64,000 nucleotides of DNA from an uncultured delta proteobacterium (GCA_963727485.1 CAVSGM010000003.1:544001-608000), one strand, 5' to 3'. Shown: positions 1 through 12,908, counted from the stretch's first letter. Numbers and translations are program-made. Notes: generated from the letters alone by a model not told the origin.

Positions 1-1
1 G

Positions 2-320
2 GGCCTCGAGGAGGGCCTCCTGCCCCACGAGGGGATGCAGGGGATGCCCCCGGACCTCCCGGAGGAGCGGCGGCTCGCCTACGTGGGGATCACCCGGGCC
101 AAGCGCCGCCTCTACCTCTCCCGGGCGTTGGCGCGGCAGCGGCGGGGGAAGCTCGGCGAACGCATCCCCTCGCGATTCCTGGAGGATCTCCCGGAGCACA
201 CCTTCGTGACCGTGGACACCGCGGTCCCCACCGGGCCCCTGACCGGCGACGATTCTCGAGGCCGGGAAGGCGTTCCTGGCGCAGATCAAGGCCTCCCTCG
301 GCGCCGGGGCGGACGAGTGA
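2..320 (+). CDS. UvrD/Rep/PcrA-family helicase, C-terminal fragment (5'-truncated by window, frameshift near 255)
   Basis: GLEEGLLPH and EERRLAYVGITRAKRRLYLS...PSRFLEDLP are SF1 helicase motifs V/VI; the alternative frame ends AFLAQIKASLGAGADE* at 318-320. Confidence 0.85.
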
Positions 321-356
321 GGGCCGGCCCCGGTGTCGATCCTCGGGTCAACGGGC

Positions 357-385
357 TTGACGTGGGGTCCGGAGGCCCTTATACA
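357..385 (+). promoter_or_regulatory. sigma70-type promoter of rplM-rpsI
   Basis: TTGACG(357-362)-17 bp-TATACA(380-385), 55 bp before the rplM ATG. Confidence 0.65.
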
Positions 386-439
386 CGCGCCTTTCCCGGC
401 CCCCGGTCCGGGCCACCCGTCTATTGCGGAGCAGCACCC

Positions 440-874
440 ATGTCCACGCCGAGCCTCAAGCAGGGAGACGCCGAGCAGCGCTGGCTGCTGATCGACGCCG
501 AGGACCTCGTCCTCGGTCGCGCCGCCTCCCAGATCGCCAGCATCCTGCGCGGGAAGCACAAGCCCCAGTACACCCCCCACGCCGATGCCGGCGACCACGT
601 GGTCGTGGTGAACGCGGCCAAGGTTCGCCTCACCGGCCGGAAGTGGGCCGACAAGATGTACTACCGGCACACCGGCTATCCCGGTGGCCTGGTCGAGCGC
701 ACCGCCTCGGAGCTGCGGGACAAGAAGCCCGAGGACCTCATCTACAACGCCGTGCGGCGCATGCTCCCCAGGAGTCCCCTGGGCCGGAGCCTGATGCGCA
801 AGCTCCGGGTCTACCCCGGCGCCGAGCATCCGCACGTCGCGCAGCAGCCCGAGCCCTTCAAGCTCGCCTACTAG
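440..874 (+). CDS. rplM: 50S ribosomal protein L13
   Basis: [45 protein letters not shown]...[14 protein letters not shown] at 440 after GGAG. Confidence 0.97.
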   Translation: MSTPSLKQGDAEQRWLLIDAEDLVLGRAASQIASILRGKHKPQYTPHADAGDHVVVVNAAKVRLTGRKWADKMYYRHTGYPGGLVERTASELRDKKPEDLIYNAVRRMLPRSPLGRSLMRKLRVYPGAEHPHVAQQPEPFKLAY

Positions 875-891
875 GTTCCAGGAGCATCGTC

Positions 892-1287
892 ATGCAGGAC
901 ACCCCGGTCTTCAGCGCCGTCGGCCGCCGCAAGGAGTCGGTCGCCCGCGTCCGCGTCTCCCCCGGAGACGGCAAGCTCTTCATCAACAAGCGCCCGGTCG
1001 AGGAGTACTTCCCCTGGGAGACCGGCAAGGCCCAGGTCCGCGCGCCCCTGGTGGCCACGGAGATGGAGGGCAAGGTCGACGTCCACGTGAACGTGCGCGG
1101 CGGCGGGCTCACCGGTCAGGCCGGCGCCATCCGCCACGGCCTCTCCCGGGCCCTCATGGCCTACGATCCCGAGCTCCGGGCCCTCCTCAAGAAGGCCGGC
1201 TACGTGACCCGGGACGCCCGCGGCGTCGAGCGGAAGAAGTACGGGCAGCCTGGCGCCCGCAAGAAGTTCCAGTACTCCAAGCGGTAG
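892..1287 (+). CDS. rpsI: 30S ribosomal protein S9
   Basis: [11 protein letters not shown]...[19 protein letters not shown]...[26 protein letters not shown]. Confidence 0.97.
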   Translation: MQDTPVFSAVGRRKESVARVRVSPGDGKLFINKRPVEEYFPWETGKAQVRAPLVATEMEGKVDVHVNVRGGGLTGQAGAIRHGLSRALMAYDPELRALLKKAGYVTRDARGVERKKYGQPGARKKFQYSKR

Positions 1288-1412
1288 GCGTCTCGCCGCC
1301 GTCGCCCGGTGCCCCCAGACGGGGCGCGCCGGGCCCCTCGTGCACCCGGCCTCGGCCGGGTGTACGCGTCTGGGGGATCCGGCCGCCGCGCCGGAGCCGG
1401 GGGAGCGCCCTG

Positions 1413-1421
1413 TGCTACACT
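1413..1421 (+). promoter_or_regulatory. possible extended -10 promoter of pilT
   Basis: TGcTACACT about 60 bp upstream of the ATG; no clear -35. Confidence 0.35.
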
Positions 1422-1479
1422 GGGTCGTGACCCTCGTCACACAGGTGCGCGCCCGCGCACGCCCGGAGGCGCCCCCTAC

Positions 1480-2722
<1,243 letters not shown>

Positions 2723-2729
2723 GCCGCGC

Positions 2730-3845
2730 CTACTCCATCAGGGCGTGGCCCAGCTCCTCGGCGGTCTGGAGCCGGTCGGCCGGGTCCTTGCGCAGCAGCT
2801 CGTGGGCGATGCGCGCGAGCTTGAAGTCGACGCCCGGGTTGAGGCTCGCCACCGGCGGGGGCTCGGACTCCATGAGCTCCTTCCACAGGTCCAGGGGATG
2901 CCGGGCGAGGAACGGCGGGCGGCCCGTGAGCAGCTCGTAGAGGATCACGCCGAGGGAGTAGAGGTCGGCGCGCTGGTCCACCCGCTCGCCGGCGGCCTGC
3001 TCCGGGGCCATGTACCGGTAGGTGCCCACCACCCGGCCCGCGTCGGTGACCTCGGCGGCGTCGGCCAGCGCCTTGCATAGGCCGAAGTCCATGATCCGCG
3101 CGTCGCCGTCGACGTCGACGAGGATGTTCGAGGGCTTGAGGTCCCGGTGGACCAGGCCCCGGGAGTGGACGTAGGCGAGCCCCGAGCACACCTGGGTGAG
3201 CACCTCCCGGAGGCGGGCGACGCGCATGGCGCCGTTGAGGACGGTGAGGTCCGCGGCCTCGCCGAAGGCGGGGAGCTCGTAGGGCTCCGGGGGGAGGACC
3301 AGGTCGGCAAAGGGCAGGTCCACCGACGGCGCCGGCCCCGACGAGCCCACCTCCATCGGCCCCGGGTCGCTGGGCTCGTGGCCCATGAGGACGTCCGAGT
3401 CGGGCTCCTCAAGCCAGGCATCGAGGTTGAAGGCGCGGGCGGCGCTCCCGGAGAAGCTCCCCGAGAAGCTCCGTCGAACGAGTCGTCGAGGCGCACCCCG
3501 GGGCTGGAGGTGGACGACCAGCTCGAAGGGGTCCTCGGTGACCAGGTCGAGGTGGCGCTTGATGTCCACCCCGTCGATGAGCTCCATGGCGAAGTAGGGC
3601 ATGTCGCCGGCGATCCCGGCGTCGATGACCTTGACCACGTAGGGGTGGTCGAGGAGCGCCAGGGACTCGAACTCCCGGGTGAAGCGCAGGGCGGCGCGGC
3701 TGTCGCCGGCCGGGGTCCCGGTGAGGAGCTTGACCGCGACCTCCTCGTCGCTGCGGTCGTCGAGGGCGCGGTACACCACCCCCAGGCCTCCCTTCCCCAG
3801 GAGGTCCAGGATTCGGTAGGGACCGAGCCGTTCCGGACGCATCAA
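2730..3845 (-). CDS. Hanks-type Ser/Thr protein kinase with about 100-aa insert
   Basis: GKGGLGVV, VAVK, HRDLKPSN, DFG, GTYRYMAPE and DLYSLG are all intact. Confidence 0.93.
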   Translation of the reverse strand: MMRPERLGPYRILDLLGKGGLGVVYRALDDRSDEEVAVKLLTGTPAGDSRAALRFTREFESLALLDHPYVVKVIDAGIAGDMPYFAMELIDGVDIKRHLDLVTEDPFELVVHLQPRGAPRRLVRRSFSGSFSGSAARAFNLDAWLEEPDSDVLMGHEPSDPGPMEVGSSGPAPSVDLPFADLVLPPEPYELPAFGEAADLTVLNGAMRVARLREVLTQVCSGLAYVHSRGLVHRDLKPSNILVDVDGDARIMDFGLCKALADAAEVTDAGRVVGTYRYMAPEQAAGERVDQRADLYSLGVILYELLTGRPPFLARHPLDLWKELMESEPPPVASLNPGVDFKLARIAHELLRKDPADRLQTAEELGHALME

Positions 3846-3931
3846 GGTGTTGCGCCTCTACCCCCCAGGGTGCGGGGCACTATAGCATTCCTTTCCAGGC
3901 AACACCGGTTCCCGGGGTAGACTTCCGCGCC

Positions 3932-5617
3932 GTGAGGGTGGAACCGGACGGGCGTCCCGAGACGCCGGAGGAGCGGGAGGCGCGCCAGTCCCGGCGGTGG
4001 CGCCGGGTGGGGCTGACGGCGGCGGTGGCCGCCTTCCTTCTCATCTCCTCGGTCATCGCCATCTCCACCCTCGCGGTCGCCTACGGCACCCGCATCTACG
4101 GCGACCGGCACCTGGTGCCCGGGCACCGGGCGGCGTTCCGGGTCGCCGCCTACGTCCTCGCCGCCCAGGACTTCGCCCCCGGGCTCGGGGCGAGTTGTGG
4201 CTCGAGGGGCCCTCGGGCAAGCGGGTGCGCCTCGGGGGCGGGGCCAGCGGCGGCCGCGGCGGGGTCGACGTGGACGCCCGGATCCCCTGGGCTGGCCCCC
4301 GGGGCGCGTACACCCTGGTGGCTCGAGGTCACTACTCCCGCCGGGGCCAAGGAGACCGCGCGGGTGCCCGTGACCCTGGCGCCCGCGAAGGCCCACCCGT
4401 GGCTGCGCACCCGGAACGGGTGCGAGGAGGGGAGCCACCCGCGCAGCGACGGCACCTGGGAGGGGAGTGTCCTCTGTGGCCGCGCCTATTCCCCTGGCGC
4501 GCCTCTACCCCGAGGCCGGGCACCTGGTGGGGCAACCTCTCCAACCGGGTCTTCGCCTGGGTCCCTGGGCTCCCGCCCTCTGGGGGTCACCTGGCAGCCC
4601 CTGGGGGGCCCGCCCGGCCGCCTGCGCCGGAGCGACCGCCGGCGCCGGCGCCCCCCTCGCCGCTTCGCCTCGACGCCTTCGGCCTCGGCACCTTCGACGA
4701 CGTCCCCGCCTACCCCCGGGGGCCCCTGCAGATCACCGCCGGATCCAGCGGGCTGAGCCCCTCTGGCTCCGGGCGCTCCCGAGCCAGTTATCCGCCTCCG
4801 GGCCACCCGGGCGCTCCTCGGCCTCGGCGATTGCCTCGATGTCACGGTGTCGCTCCTGCGCGGCCGGGTGCCCCTCTTCCTCGACCTCTGGACCGGAGGC
4901 CGGTGGATCGCCACCGACAGCGACGTCGCCACCGGCGGCGCCTACCGCTATAGCGGTGGACCTGCCCCGGTTCCTCGCTCGGCTTCGTGGCCCTGCGGGC
5001 CTACACCAACACCAGCGGCCCCACGGGCACCTACGACGAGCGGGTGTTCTGGCGGAGCGAGGACGCACGGACCCCGGCGGGCCTGAAGGCCCTGGCCCTG
5101 GGTGGTGGCGGCGCTCCCGGTGGCGCCCGGCCTCTCCAAGGCGGTGCCCCACCCGGGCCCCGATCCCCTCTTCGCCGCGGTGGTGGCCGCGAAGCCGGGG
5201 ACCCTCGACGCCCTCGGCGACGCCGGCCGGGAGGACGTGGCGGCGGCGCTCCTCTCGCGGGTCGAGGTGGTGCCCGAGGCGGCGCCGCCCCTGGCCGACA
5301 CCAGCGAGGCCAAGATTGCGGCCATGGAGGCCCACAAGCGCGCCCTGCGCCGGCCCCTCCTCGCCGGGCTGGCGCTCCTCGGGCTGGGGGCGGTGCTGGC
5401 GATGATCGTCGCCCTCCTCGGTGACCGCCGGGGCCTGCGCCGGCGCCTGGCCGCCCTGGAGATTGACGACCAGGTGCTCCCCGAGGACGAGGCCGAGGGC
5501 GCCGGGCCCGGCCGGATTACCGCCCAGGGCGGGCTGCTTCTGGGGCTGATGCTCCTGGCGCTGATGGGCGCGGCCTTCGCCGGGCTCCTGACGCTGCTGG
5601 AGACGCTGCGCTGGTAG
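3932..5617 (+). CDS. hypothetical membrane protein, possibly with alpha-2-macroglobulin MG-like domains (frameshifted)
   Basis: N-terminal TM helix, beta-rich segments, LYPEAGHLV(G)NLSNRV resembling the FFPEGG-LV motif, two C-terminal TM helices; stitched from several frames. Confidence 0.5.
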
Positions 5618-5668
5618 GCGCGTGTCCTGGAAGACGCAGCCCCGGTCCATCCCCTCCACGCCGAAGGC

Positions 5669-7505
5669 TTAGTGCTGGCGACCCGCTGGCCTTGGCCACC
5701 CGCCCGGTGTGCTCCACGGGCTCGAGGAGCGCGAAGCCGGCCACCGGCCACTTCCGGTAGAGGCTGTTCCGGTGGACGAAGTCGGCGAGGCGCTCGTCGA
5801 CCACCTTGTGCCACAGGGCCTTGGCCGCGTGCCGCAGCACAGGTGCCCGTGCACCCGGAACACGAAGCCCACGTGGGTGACCCGGATGGGCTCCAGCGGC
5901 CGGTCGGTGCGCACCACCAGGAGGATCGTCCCGTCGGGGATCCGCGACATCACCGCCGGGAACCGGCCGATGGGCACGTAGGCGAGGGCGCGCGGTCGAG
6001 CTTGAGGTCGGCGACCGAGAGGGGCAGGCCGACGCCCCGGCGGTGGCGCCAGAGGCCGCGCGGTGAGGTCCTTCTCGGCGACCTGCACCGAGGCGCCGCC
6101 GACCTCCCGGGTGACGGAAGCGGACGAACCCCTTCTTCTCGTTGTCGGGGATCCACTCGTCCATCATCAGGTGGTCGCGGTGGCCGAAGGCGGGGACCCC
6201 GTCGCGGTAGCGGATGTGCAGGAGGGTGTGGAGGACGTGGTCGGGGTCGGGGCTGCTCGCCAGCGCCAGGACCGTGTCCACGTAGGTGAGGCAGTCGACG
6301 GTGTCGTAGCGGATGAGGGGGTCCGGGTCGTAGCCGGCGCCCTCGCCCAGCGGCGACTCGAGGTAGGGGGTCCCGAGGAACGCCCGGGAGATGGCGTCGA
6401 GGCGCGCGGGGAAGGGCTCGCCGGCGACCGACTCGGCGACCTTCAGGGGCGAGGGCCGGGGGGCGAGCTCGCCGTGGGGCGCCGAGCCGCCGGTCTTGCC
6501 CGGGCCGCCGCCCTGACCCGGGGCCGCCTGCTTCTGCTGGGCCCGGTGCATCTTCACCCGGAGCCGGGTGAGGCGGGCTCGGGGATTCTGAGGCGCTGGA
6601 GGGCGTCGGCGGCGGCCAGGGACACCTGCGGCGCCCCATGGTCCACTGCGTTCACCAGGAACTCCAGCCCGCCGACGTCGCCGTGGGCGCCGAGGGCCTC
6701 GGCAGCGGCGATGCGCACCTTGGGGGCGTCGTCGTGAGGCGCGGTGCGCAGGGCGCCATCGGACCAGTGGCCCGGGACCTGGCCCAGGAGCCGCGCCGCG
6801 TCGACCCGGGCGTAGGCCGAGGGGGCGTCGAGGCGGGCGAGGAGCGCGAGCCGCGCCTGCTTGTCGCCCAGGCTCGCCAGGGCCCGGAGGGCGGCCAGGC
6901 GCACCGCCTCGCTCCCGTCCCGGGTCTTGGCCTTCAGCGCCCGCCGGGCCCCCCGCCACCGGCAGCGGCCCAGGGCCGTCAGGAGGGCCATCTCGTACTC
7001 GCGGTCGTCGCCGACCTTCTTCAGGGCCTTGACCAGCGCCCGGCCCCCGTGGGGATCGCCGGGGCGGCAGGGCGCGGGCCGCCTCCAGGCGGACCGATCG
7101 CTCGGGGTCGCCGAGGTGTCCGGCGATCTTCCGGGTGGCCCGCCGGTCGCCGAGCTTGCCCAGGGCGAAGATCGCGTCCTGGCGCACGGACCAGTCCGAG
7201 TCGTCGACCACCCGCTCCAGGGCGCGCTCGGTGCCGTGGACCGCGAGGATCCCCAGGGCGTAGGCGGCGCGGTCGCGGACGTCGGGATCCGGGTCCCGGA
7301 GCGCGCGGGTGATGAGGAACGCCGCCCGCCCCCCGCCTTGGAACGCCTCCTGGTCGAGGAGCGGGTCCAGGGCCTCCTTGGGGCCGGTCTGCACCGTGCG
7401 CACCAGAGCCCGGGTGACCTGGGCCCGGGCCGGGGTGGCCGGGGCGGCGAGGGCCACGAGGAGGAGCGCGCCGCCGAGGGCCGGGAGGGGGGACGGACGG
7501 ACCAT
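5669..7505 (-). CDS. secreted HEAT-repeat + DUF1460 (AmiA-like amidase) protein (frameshifted)
   Basis: Signal peptide MVRPSPLPALGGALLLVALAAPATPARAQ; HEAT repeats DPDPDVRDRAAYALG and DSDWSVRQDAIFALG; FLGTPYLESPLGEG...VDCLTYVDTVLAL and VTHVGF. Confidence 0.75.
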
Positions 7506-7587
7506 CGGCTCCAGTCCACCACAGGCGGCCGTCCACCGCCAGATGATCCCCACCGCGAAATCAGGGTAGACTGCGGGCGGTGAGGAG

Positions 7588-8168
7588 GTGGTCGAGACCG
7601 TTCCCTTCGACGTCATCCTGAGCCTGGCGGTGGGCCTGTCGGTGGCCTGGACGGCACAGGTGCACCTCGCCGCCGCCCCGCGCCTGGTCTCCAGCCGACC
7701 CCTGTGGGCGGTGGTGCTCTTCGAGCTGCTGATCTTCTGCCCGGTGGGCGCCTATCTCTACATCGTCCACCCGGCGTGGTCCTGGAACTACCTCGCGATT
7801 CGGCCCCTTCTCCGGGGTGGCTGGGGCCGGTGGCCATCGGGGCCTACGCCGTCGCTGGCATCGCCGGCTTCCTCTGGGGTGGGCACCTGGTGCGCACCGA
7901 CCAGAGCAAGCAGCTCGGGCGTATCGTCCTCGGGGTCCTGGGGCTCCTTCTGGTCTACTTCGGGGTCTTCGCCCGGCAGTTCTGGTGGGTGGGCAGCTAC
8001 GCGGCCTGGGAGGCGGGTCACCAGGGGATGCAGGGGCTGCCCTTCTCGCGCCTCGGCCTCGCCCTCGCCGGGGTGGGCCCAATCTCCTCGGCGTTCCTCG
8101 GCTGGATCCTCTTCCGCGAGTGGCGCCACGGTCAGCGGCTCCTCGCCGCCGACTCCCGGAACCCTTGA
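7588..8168 (+). CDS. hypothetical multi-pass membrane protein (one frameshift)
   Basis: Hydrophobic helices in ORF 7588 (N half) continue in ORF 7704..8168 (C half); GAGGAG SD. Confidence 0.6.
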
Positions 8169-8198
8169 AGATTCCATGGGAAAGCCGGGGGCCGATTC

Positions 8199-8226
8199 TT
8201 GACACCCCCGGACCCCCTGTTACAGA
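8199..8226 (+). promoter_or_regulatory. sigma70-type promoter
   Basis: Perfect TTGACA(8199-8204), then TGtTACAGA. Confidence 0.55.
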
Positions 8227-8269
8227 TCGCGATGGACCATCGGTGGGAGAGATGCGCCGTGGAGGGTCG

Positions 8270-8701
8270 ATGAAGCGTATCGTCGTTGGGGTCTCGCGGC
8301 CGCGGGCCTGCTCGCCGGCTGCGGGCCAATTGAGTCCGTGGCGGTGATTGACGACGCCCAGGTGGCCCTCACCGGCGCCAAGGCGGCCAACGGTGACCGC
8401 TACGCCCCCTACGAGTACACCTCGGCCGAGCTCCCTCGACAAGGCCCGGGAGGAGCGGGGCCACGCCGAGTACCAGCAGGCCATCGGGTACGCCCGGCAG
8501 GCCCGGGAGATGGCCCGCGAGGCCGAGAGCAAGTCGATGAAGGCGACCCAGCAGAGCGGGGACGACGCCGCCCAGGGCGGCCTGGTGCCCTACCAGAGCG
8601 GGAGCGCACGACCCCGCCGCCTCCGCCCCCGCCCCCGACGACGTCTGGGCCCGGACGGATCGCAGACCGCGCCGGTCAAGATCGTGGCCCCCACGCCCTG
8701 A
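8270..8701 (+). CDS. DUF4398-type lipoprotein (frameshifted)
   Basis: MKRIVVG...LAGC lipobox; AKAANGDRYAPYEYTSAE/LDKAREERGHAEYQQAIGYA. Confidence 0.7.
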
Positions 8702-8722
8702 CCCCCAGGAGCCTCCCCGCCC

Positions 8723-9986
8723 ATGGCCACCGCCCGTTCCCTCGCCCTCACCGCCCTCGCCGGCGTCCTCCCTCTTCGCCGGCTGTGTGACTGGCGGCCA
8801 GCTCCGCGCCACCGCCGGGGTGGTCCAAGAACCTCAAGCTCGCCCGGAAGCAGGGCGCCATGCGGTGCGCCCCCCGGGAGCTCGCCCGCGGGGAGGCCCA
8901 CCTCACCTTCGCCCTCGGTGAGCTCATCAGGGCGACTGGCAGCGGGCCCAGCAGGACTCGACCAGGCCCAGACCTCGACCCGCAAGGCCGTGCGCCTCTC
9001 CCGGGGCTGCATCAAGCAGGTCCTGATCGAAGCCCAAGCCGCCTCCGGTGATCGTCAAGATCAAGGAGAAGGACACCGACGGCGACGGGATCCCGGACAA
9101 CACGGACAAGTGCCCCAAGGAGCCCGGGCCAAGTCGAACGAGGGCTGCCCGGTGGTCAAGCCCAAGGACACCGACGGCGACGGGCTCACCGACGACGTCG
9201 ACCGCTGCCCCAAGGTTCCGGGCCCGGCGTCGAACCAGGGCTGCCCGGCCGCCGAGGCGCCGCTCGACACCGACGGCGACGGGATCCCCGACAGGCCGAC
9301 AAGTGCCCCAAGAAGGCCGGGCCGGCGTCGAACCACGGGTGCCCCATCCTCGACAGCGACGGCGACGGCATCCCCGACAACGTCGACAACTGCCCCAACG
9401 AGCCCGAGGACAAGGACGGGTTCCAGGACCAGGACGGCTGCCCGGATCTCGACAACGACCAGGACGGCATCCCCGACGTCAGGGACAAGGCGCCGAACCA
9501 GCCGGGCCCGCCGGAGACCAACGGCTCCCGCCCAAGAACAGCAACAGCGACGGCGTCCTCGACTACCAGGACAAGTGCCCGCAGACGCCGGGCCTGCAAG
9601 AAGCTCGGGCTGCCCGCGAAAGTACAAGCTGGTCACGTCACCAAGAAGAGATCGAGATCAAGCAGCAGGTCCAATTCGCCAGTGGGCGCTACCGGATCCT
9701 CTCGGACAAGCTTCGAGCTGCTCGACGAGGTGGGCCAGGTACTCAAGGACAACCCCAAGATCAACCTGCGCATCGAGGGGCACACCGACAGCCGCGGCTC
9801 GGACAGCGGCAACCTCCGCCTGTCCCAGAAGCGCGCCAGCTCGGTCCGGCGCTACCCGTCGCCAGAACATCGAACCGGGCCGGCTAAAGGCCGTGGGCTC
9901 GGCAAGACGCGTCCCATCGCCGTCAACGCCACGCGGGCGGGCCGGGAGGCCGATCGCCGGGTCAAGCCGTGATCACCTCCCAGTAG
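8723..9986 (+). CDS. OmpA-family protein with thrombospondin type-3 (DxDxDG) repeats (multiple frameshifts)
   Basis: Repeated DTDGDGIPD..DKCP; QVQFASG; LRIEGHTDSRGSDSGNLRLSQKRA; PIAVNATRAGREADRRV. Confidence 0.85.
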
Positions 9987-9996
9987 CGGAGCGACC

Positions 9997-11290
9997 ATGC
10001 CGAGCTTCGAGTCTTCATCCCCGCCGCCCTGGAAACGGGGTTCGACCTGATCTTCCGGGTCGACGCCGACAACTGGATGCCGCCTTGAAGACCGGCCTCG
10101 AGCAGGTCGGCCTCAGGGCCACCGGGGCAACTCCTCGCCCATCAAGCCCACCGGGATCGACGTCACCGATCCCGGCTCCGGGAAGGAGCTTCCGGATCCG
10201 CGGCTCCGCCGAGGGCGAGGCCGCGGTGGTCCCCGGCCCCCGGCGGCCCCGAGCCTCCCCAGCCGATGACCGAGGTCATCACCGCGCCGGCGCCGGCGTC
10301 CCCAGAACGGCGCCCCCCGTCGAGGCACCGGTCGAGCCGCCGATCCCGCGCCGGCGGTCCGCCCCGAGCCGGCCCCGCCGCCGGCCCCGCCTCCGAGGCC
10401 GCCCCCAGGCCCCGCCGCCCCGGCCGCCCTCCAAGCGCTTCTCCCGCCGCCCCACCACAGCGACACCGAGGTCCGCTCGGTGAGCCGCATCGAGCGCCGG
10501 GCCGCGACCCCGCCGCCGCCGTCGGCCGGGCCCAGGCCAAGGCGAGCGTCTCCCAGGACGAGGTCCTCGCCGAGCTCTTCGAGCGAGTGCAGCGGATCTA
10601 CGACGCCAAGGACGCCGACGCCGCCCTCGGCTTCGTCCTCGACCTCGCCATGGAGAAGGTCCCCGCCGAGAGCGGCTCCGCCTACCGCGCCGACATCTCC
10701 AGCCGGATGGTCCGCTTCGTCGCGGCCCGGCGCCCCAAGGCAGACGAGCTCATGCGCCTGGGCCCGGCGGTCCCCGTGGGCACGGGCCTCGTGGGCGTCT
10801 CGGTGGAGCAGGGCGTGGGGCTGGCCATCAGCGACGCCGACCAGGACCCGAGGTTCTTCCGCGCCTCTCCGACCGCCTGGGCTACGAGACCCGCTCGGTG
10901 ATCACCGTGCCCATCCAGCGCGAGGGGCAGGTCATGGGCGCCCTCCAGCTCATCAACCGCCGCGAGGGCAGCACCTTCAGCGAGCCCGACCTCGCCATCC
11001 TCGACTACCTGGGCCGGGAGTGCGCCGAGTACCTCCGGGCCACCGGCGAGGTCACGGCCTGGCCGCACCCCCGGGCGTCGGCGGTCACCGGGGGCCCAGG
11101 CCTCGCCCTGGCGGGCCACCTTTCCCTCGGCGACCAGCTTCTCCAGGTGCGCCAGACGCTGCGGTCGGCGAAGGGGTACAGGGCGGGGGCCATCGGTGTA
11201 CACCGCCTCGACCACCCCGCGGATCGCCCGCTGCCCCGCCTCGAGGCGGCGAGGATCGCGTCCTCCCGAGCCTGGCCATGGGCGAGGTAG
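9997..11290 (+). CDS. GAF-domain protein with Pro-rich linker (frameshifted; true end may be near 11060)
   Basis: LAELFERVQRIY...LDLAMEKVPAESGS...GTGLVGVSVEQG..ISDADQDPRF; ITVPIQREGQVMGALQLINRREGSTFSEPDLAILDYL. Confidence 0.7.
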
Positions 11291-12530
11291 GTTCGATGCG
11301 CACCGCCGCCTCGGCGCCGGGGGCCCGTGGGGCGGCTGGACCATGGCCGGCTCGAGGGCCCGGAGCCGGCGGACCGAGCCGAGGTAGGCGGCCATGTCCC
11401 CCTCGGGGGGTCGATGATGATGGTACCCACCCCCGCCATCATGTCGCCGCCACCACCGCCCCGGTGGCCGCGTGGAAGCACAGATCGCCGGGGCGTGGCC
11501 CGGGGTGTGGAACGCGGCCAGGCTGGTCCACCGGTCCCACGAGCCGGTCCCCGCCGCCGTCGTCGAGGAGGGCGCCGACCAGCCCCGCCGGGAGACGCTG
11601 GCGGTGCGCCCATGGGCCTTCACCGGGACCCCCAGCCGGGCCTTGAGGTGGGCGACGCCGCCGACGTCGTCCAGGTGGTGGTGGGTGAGCCAGATGGCAG
11701 TGACCCAGGCGCCCTCGGCGGCGAGGTCGTCGAGGACCGCGTCGAGGCGCGCCTGGGCGTCCTCCCAGGGCGAGGCCGCTTCCACGACGACCCGCTCGGC
11801 GCCGGTGCCGAGGACGTAGACGTTGGTGTGGGTCGCCGGGGGCAGGGTGGGCGTGCGCACGGGGACCAGGAAGCGTGCTCGGAGGGGCTCGTGGCGCGAC
11901 GGCGCGCCCTCGCCGAGGTCGGCGCCTCCCGCGGCCAGGGCCACCAGCGGCTGGCGCACCGTCTCCGGGAGCGCCAGCTCCCCGGCGTCGAAGGCCGCCA
12001 GCGCCGCCTCCGGCCGCCACCACCGCAGGGCCGAGACCTCCGGGGACAACGGGCTCCCCTCGTGGGGGACGCCCTCGGGGAGCTGCAGGCGGTGGAGGAC
12101 GAGGTCCAGGGCATGGACCACGCAGCCCTTGAGGCGCCAGCGCCCGGTGGGCACCACCGCCGCCAGGTCCACCTCTTTCGCCCCTCGGCCTCGAGGTAGT
12201 CGGTGAAGGCCAGGTGCCGGTCCCGGAGGGCGGCGCGGTGGGGGACGAGGCGCCCGGATGGCACGCGCCCGGCGCCGGGGACGGCCAGGATCCCCGTCTC
12301 CTCTTGAAGAGCTCCCGGAGGGCGGCGACCCGGCGGGCCCGGTCGTCGTCGGCGAGGCCGGCGCCGCCGAGGCGCCCGGAGGGTCGCGCGTCGCCTTCGG
12401 CCACCGAGCCCCCGGGGAAATCCCCGAGGTCCCCTTCGAGGAGGCGGCCGGCGGCCCGGCGGCCGAGGAGCACCTCGGGGCCGTCCGCGCCGGGGCGCAG
12501 GAGCAGGACGAGGGGGCGGCGGTCGATGGT
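11085..12530 (-). CDS. NUDIX-like + metallo-beta-lactamase fold (LACTB2-like) fusion (frameshifted; ends approximate)
   Basis: FPGGSV...AALRELF (NUDIX-like); RTPTLPPATHTNVY; THHHLD; FHTPGHAP; IIIDPPEGDMAAYLGS; C-terminal LAHLEKLVAEG. Confidence 0.7.
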
Positions 12531-12630
12531 CGCCTAGGATAGGGCCCGATGCCCGCCGCCGTGAGCTGTCCTGCCCTTCTCCCCCTGGCGCGACGTCGAC
12601 GCCCCCGGCGCCCTCCCCGCCGGACCGGCG

Positions 12631-12908
12631 GTGGTGCAGGTGAAGCTCGCCGCGGGCCTGGTCGACTACCCCGGCGGCCGGAGCGCCACGGCCTCTTCTA
12701 CCTGTGGACCCACGACCTCGAGGCTCTCCCCGCGTCGGTCCTCCCGGCGATCGGCGCCCGGGTCGCCGAGGGGGGCCTCGCGGCGCCCCTGCGCTTCCGC
12801 GTTTTCGCCTGGATGCCGATTCCCGCCCGGGCGACGGCCGCGCTCCTCGCCCGCTTCCACGCCCGCTTCGGTGCCATCCCGCGCCTCAACGGCCCGCCGG
12901 CCCGGTGA
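12631..12908 (+). CDS. small hypothetical protein (frameshifted)
   Basis: Coding-like segments VQVKLAAGLVDYPG and GLFYLWTHDLEALP...FRVFAWMP. Confidence 0.3.

Noticed and set aside
35..874. Apparent helicase-L13 fusion ORF
   Set aside because: Read-through caused by a frameshift; rplM has its own promoter, SD and ATG at 440
9070..9590. Tandem GACxxCGACGGCGACGG DNA repeats
   Set aside because: They encode TSP3 Ca-binding repeats of the OmpA protein
11660..11690. MBL motif HHHLDD instead of HxHxDH
   Set aside because: Single CAC/GAC difference in an error-rich region; cannot be trusted without reads
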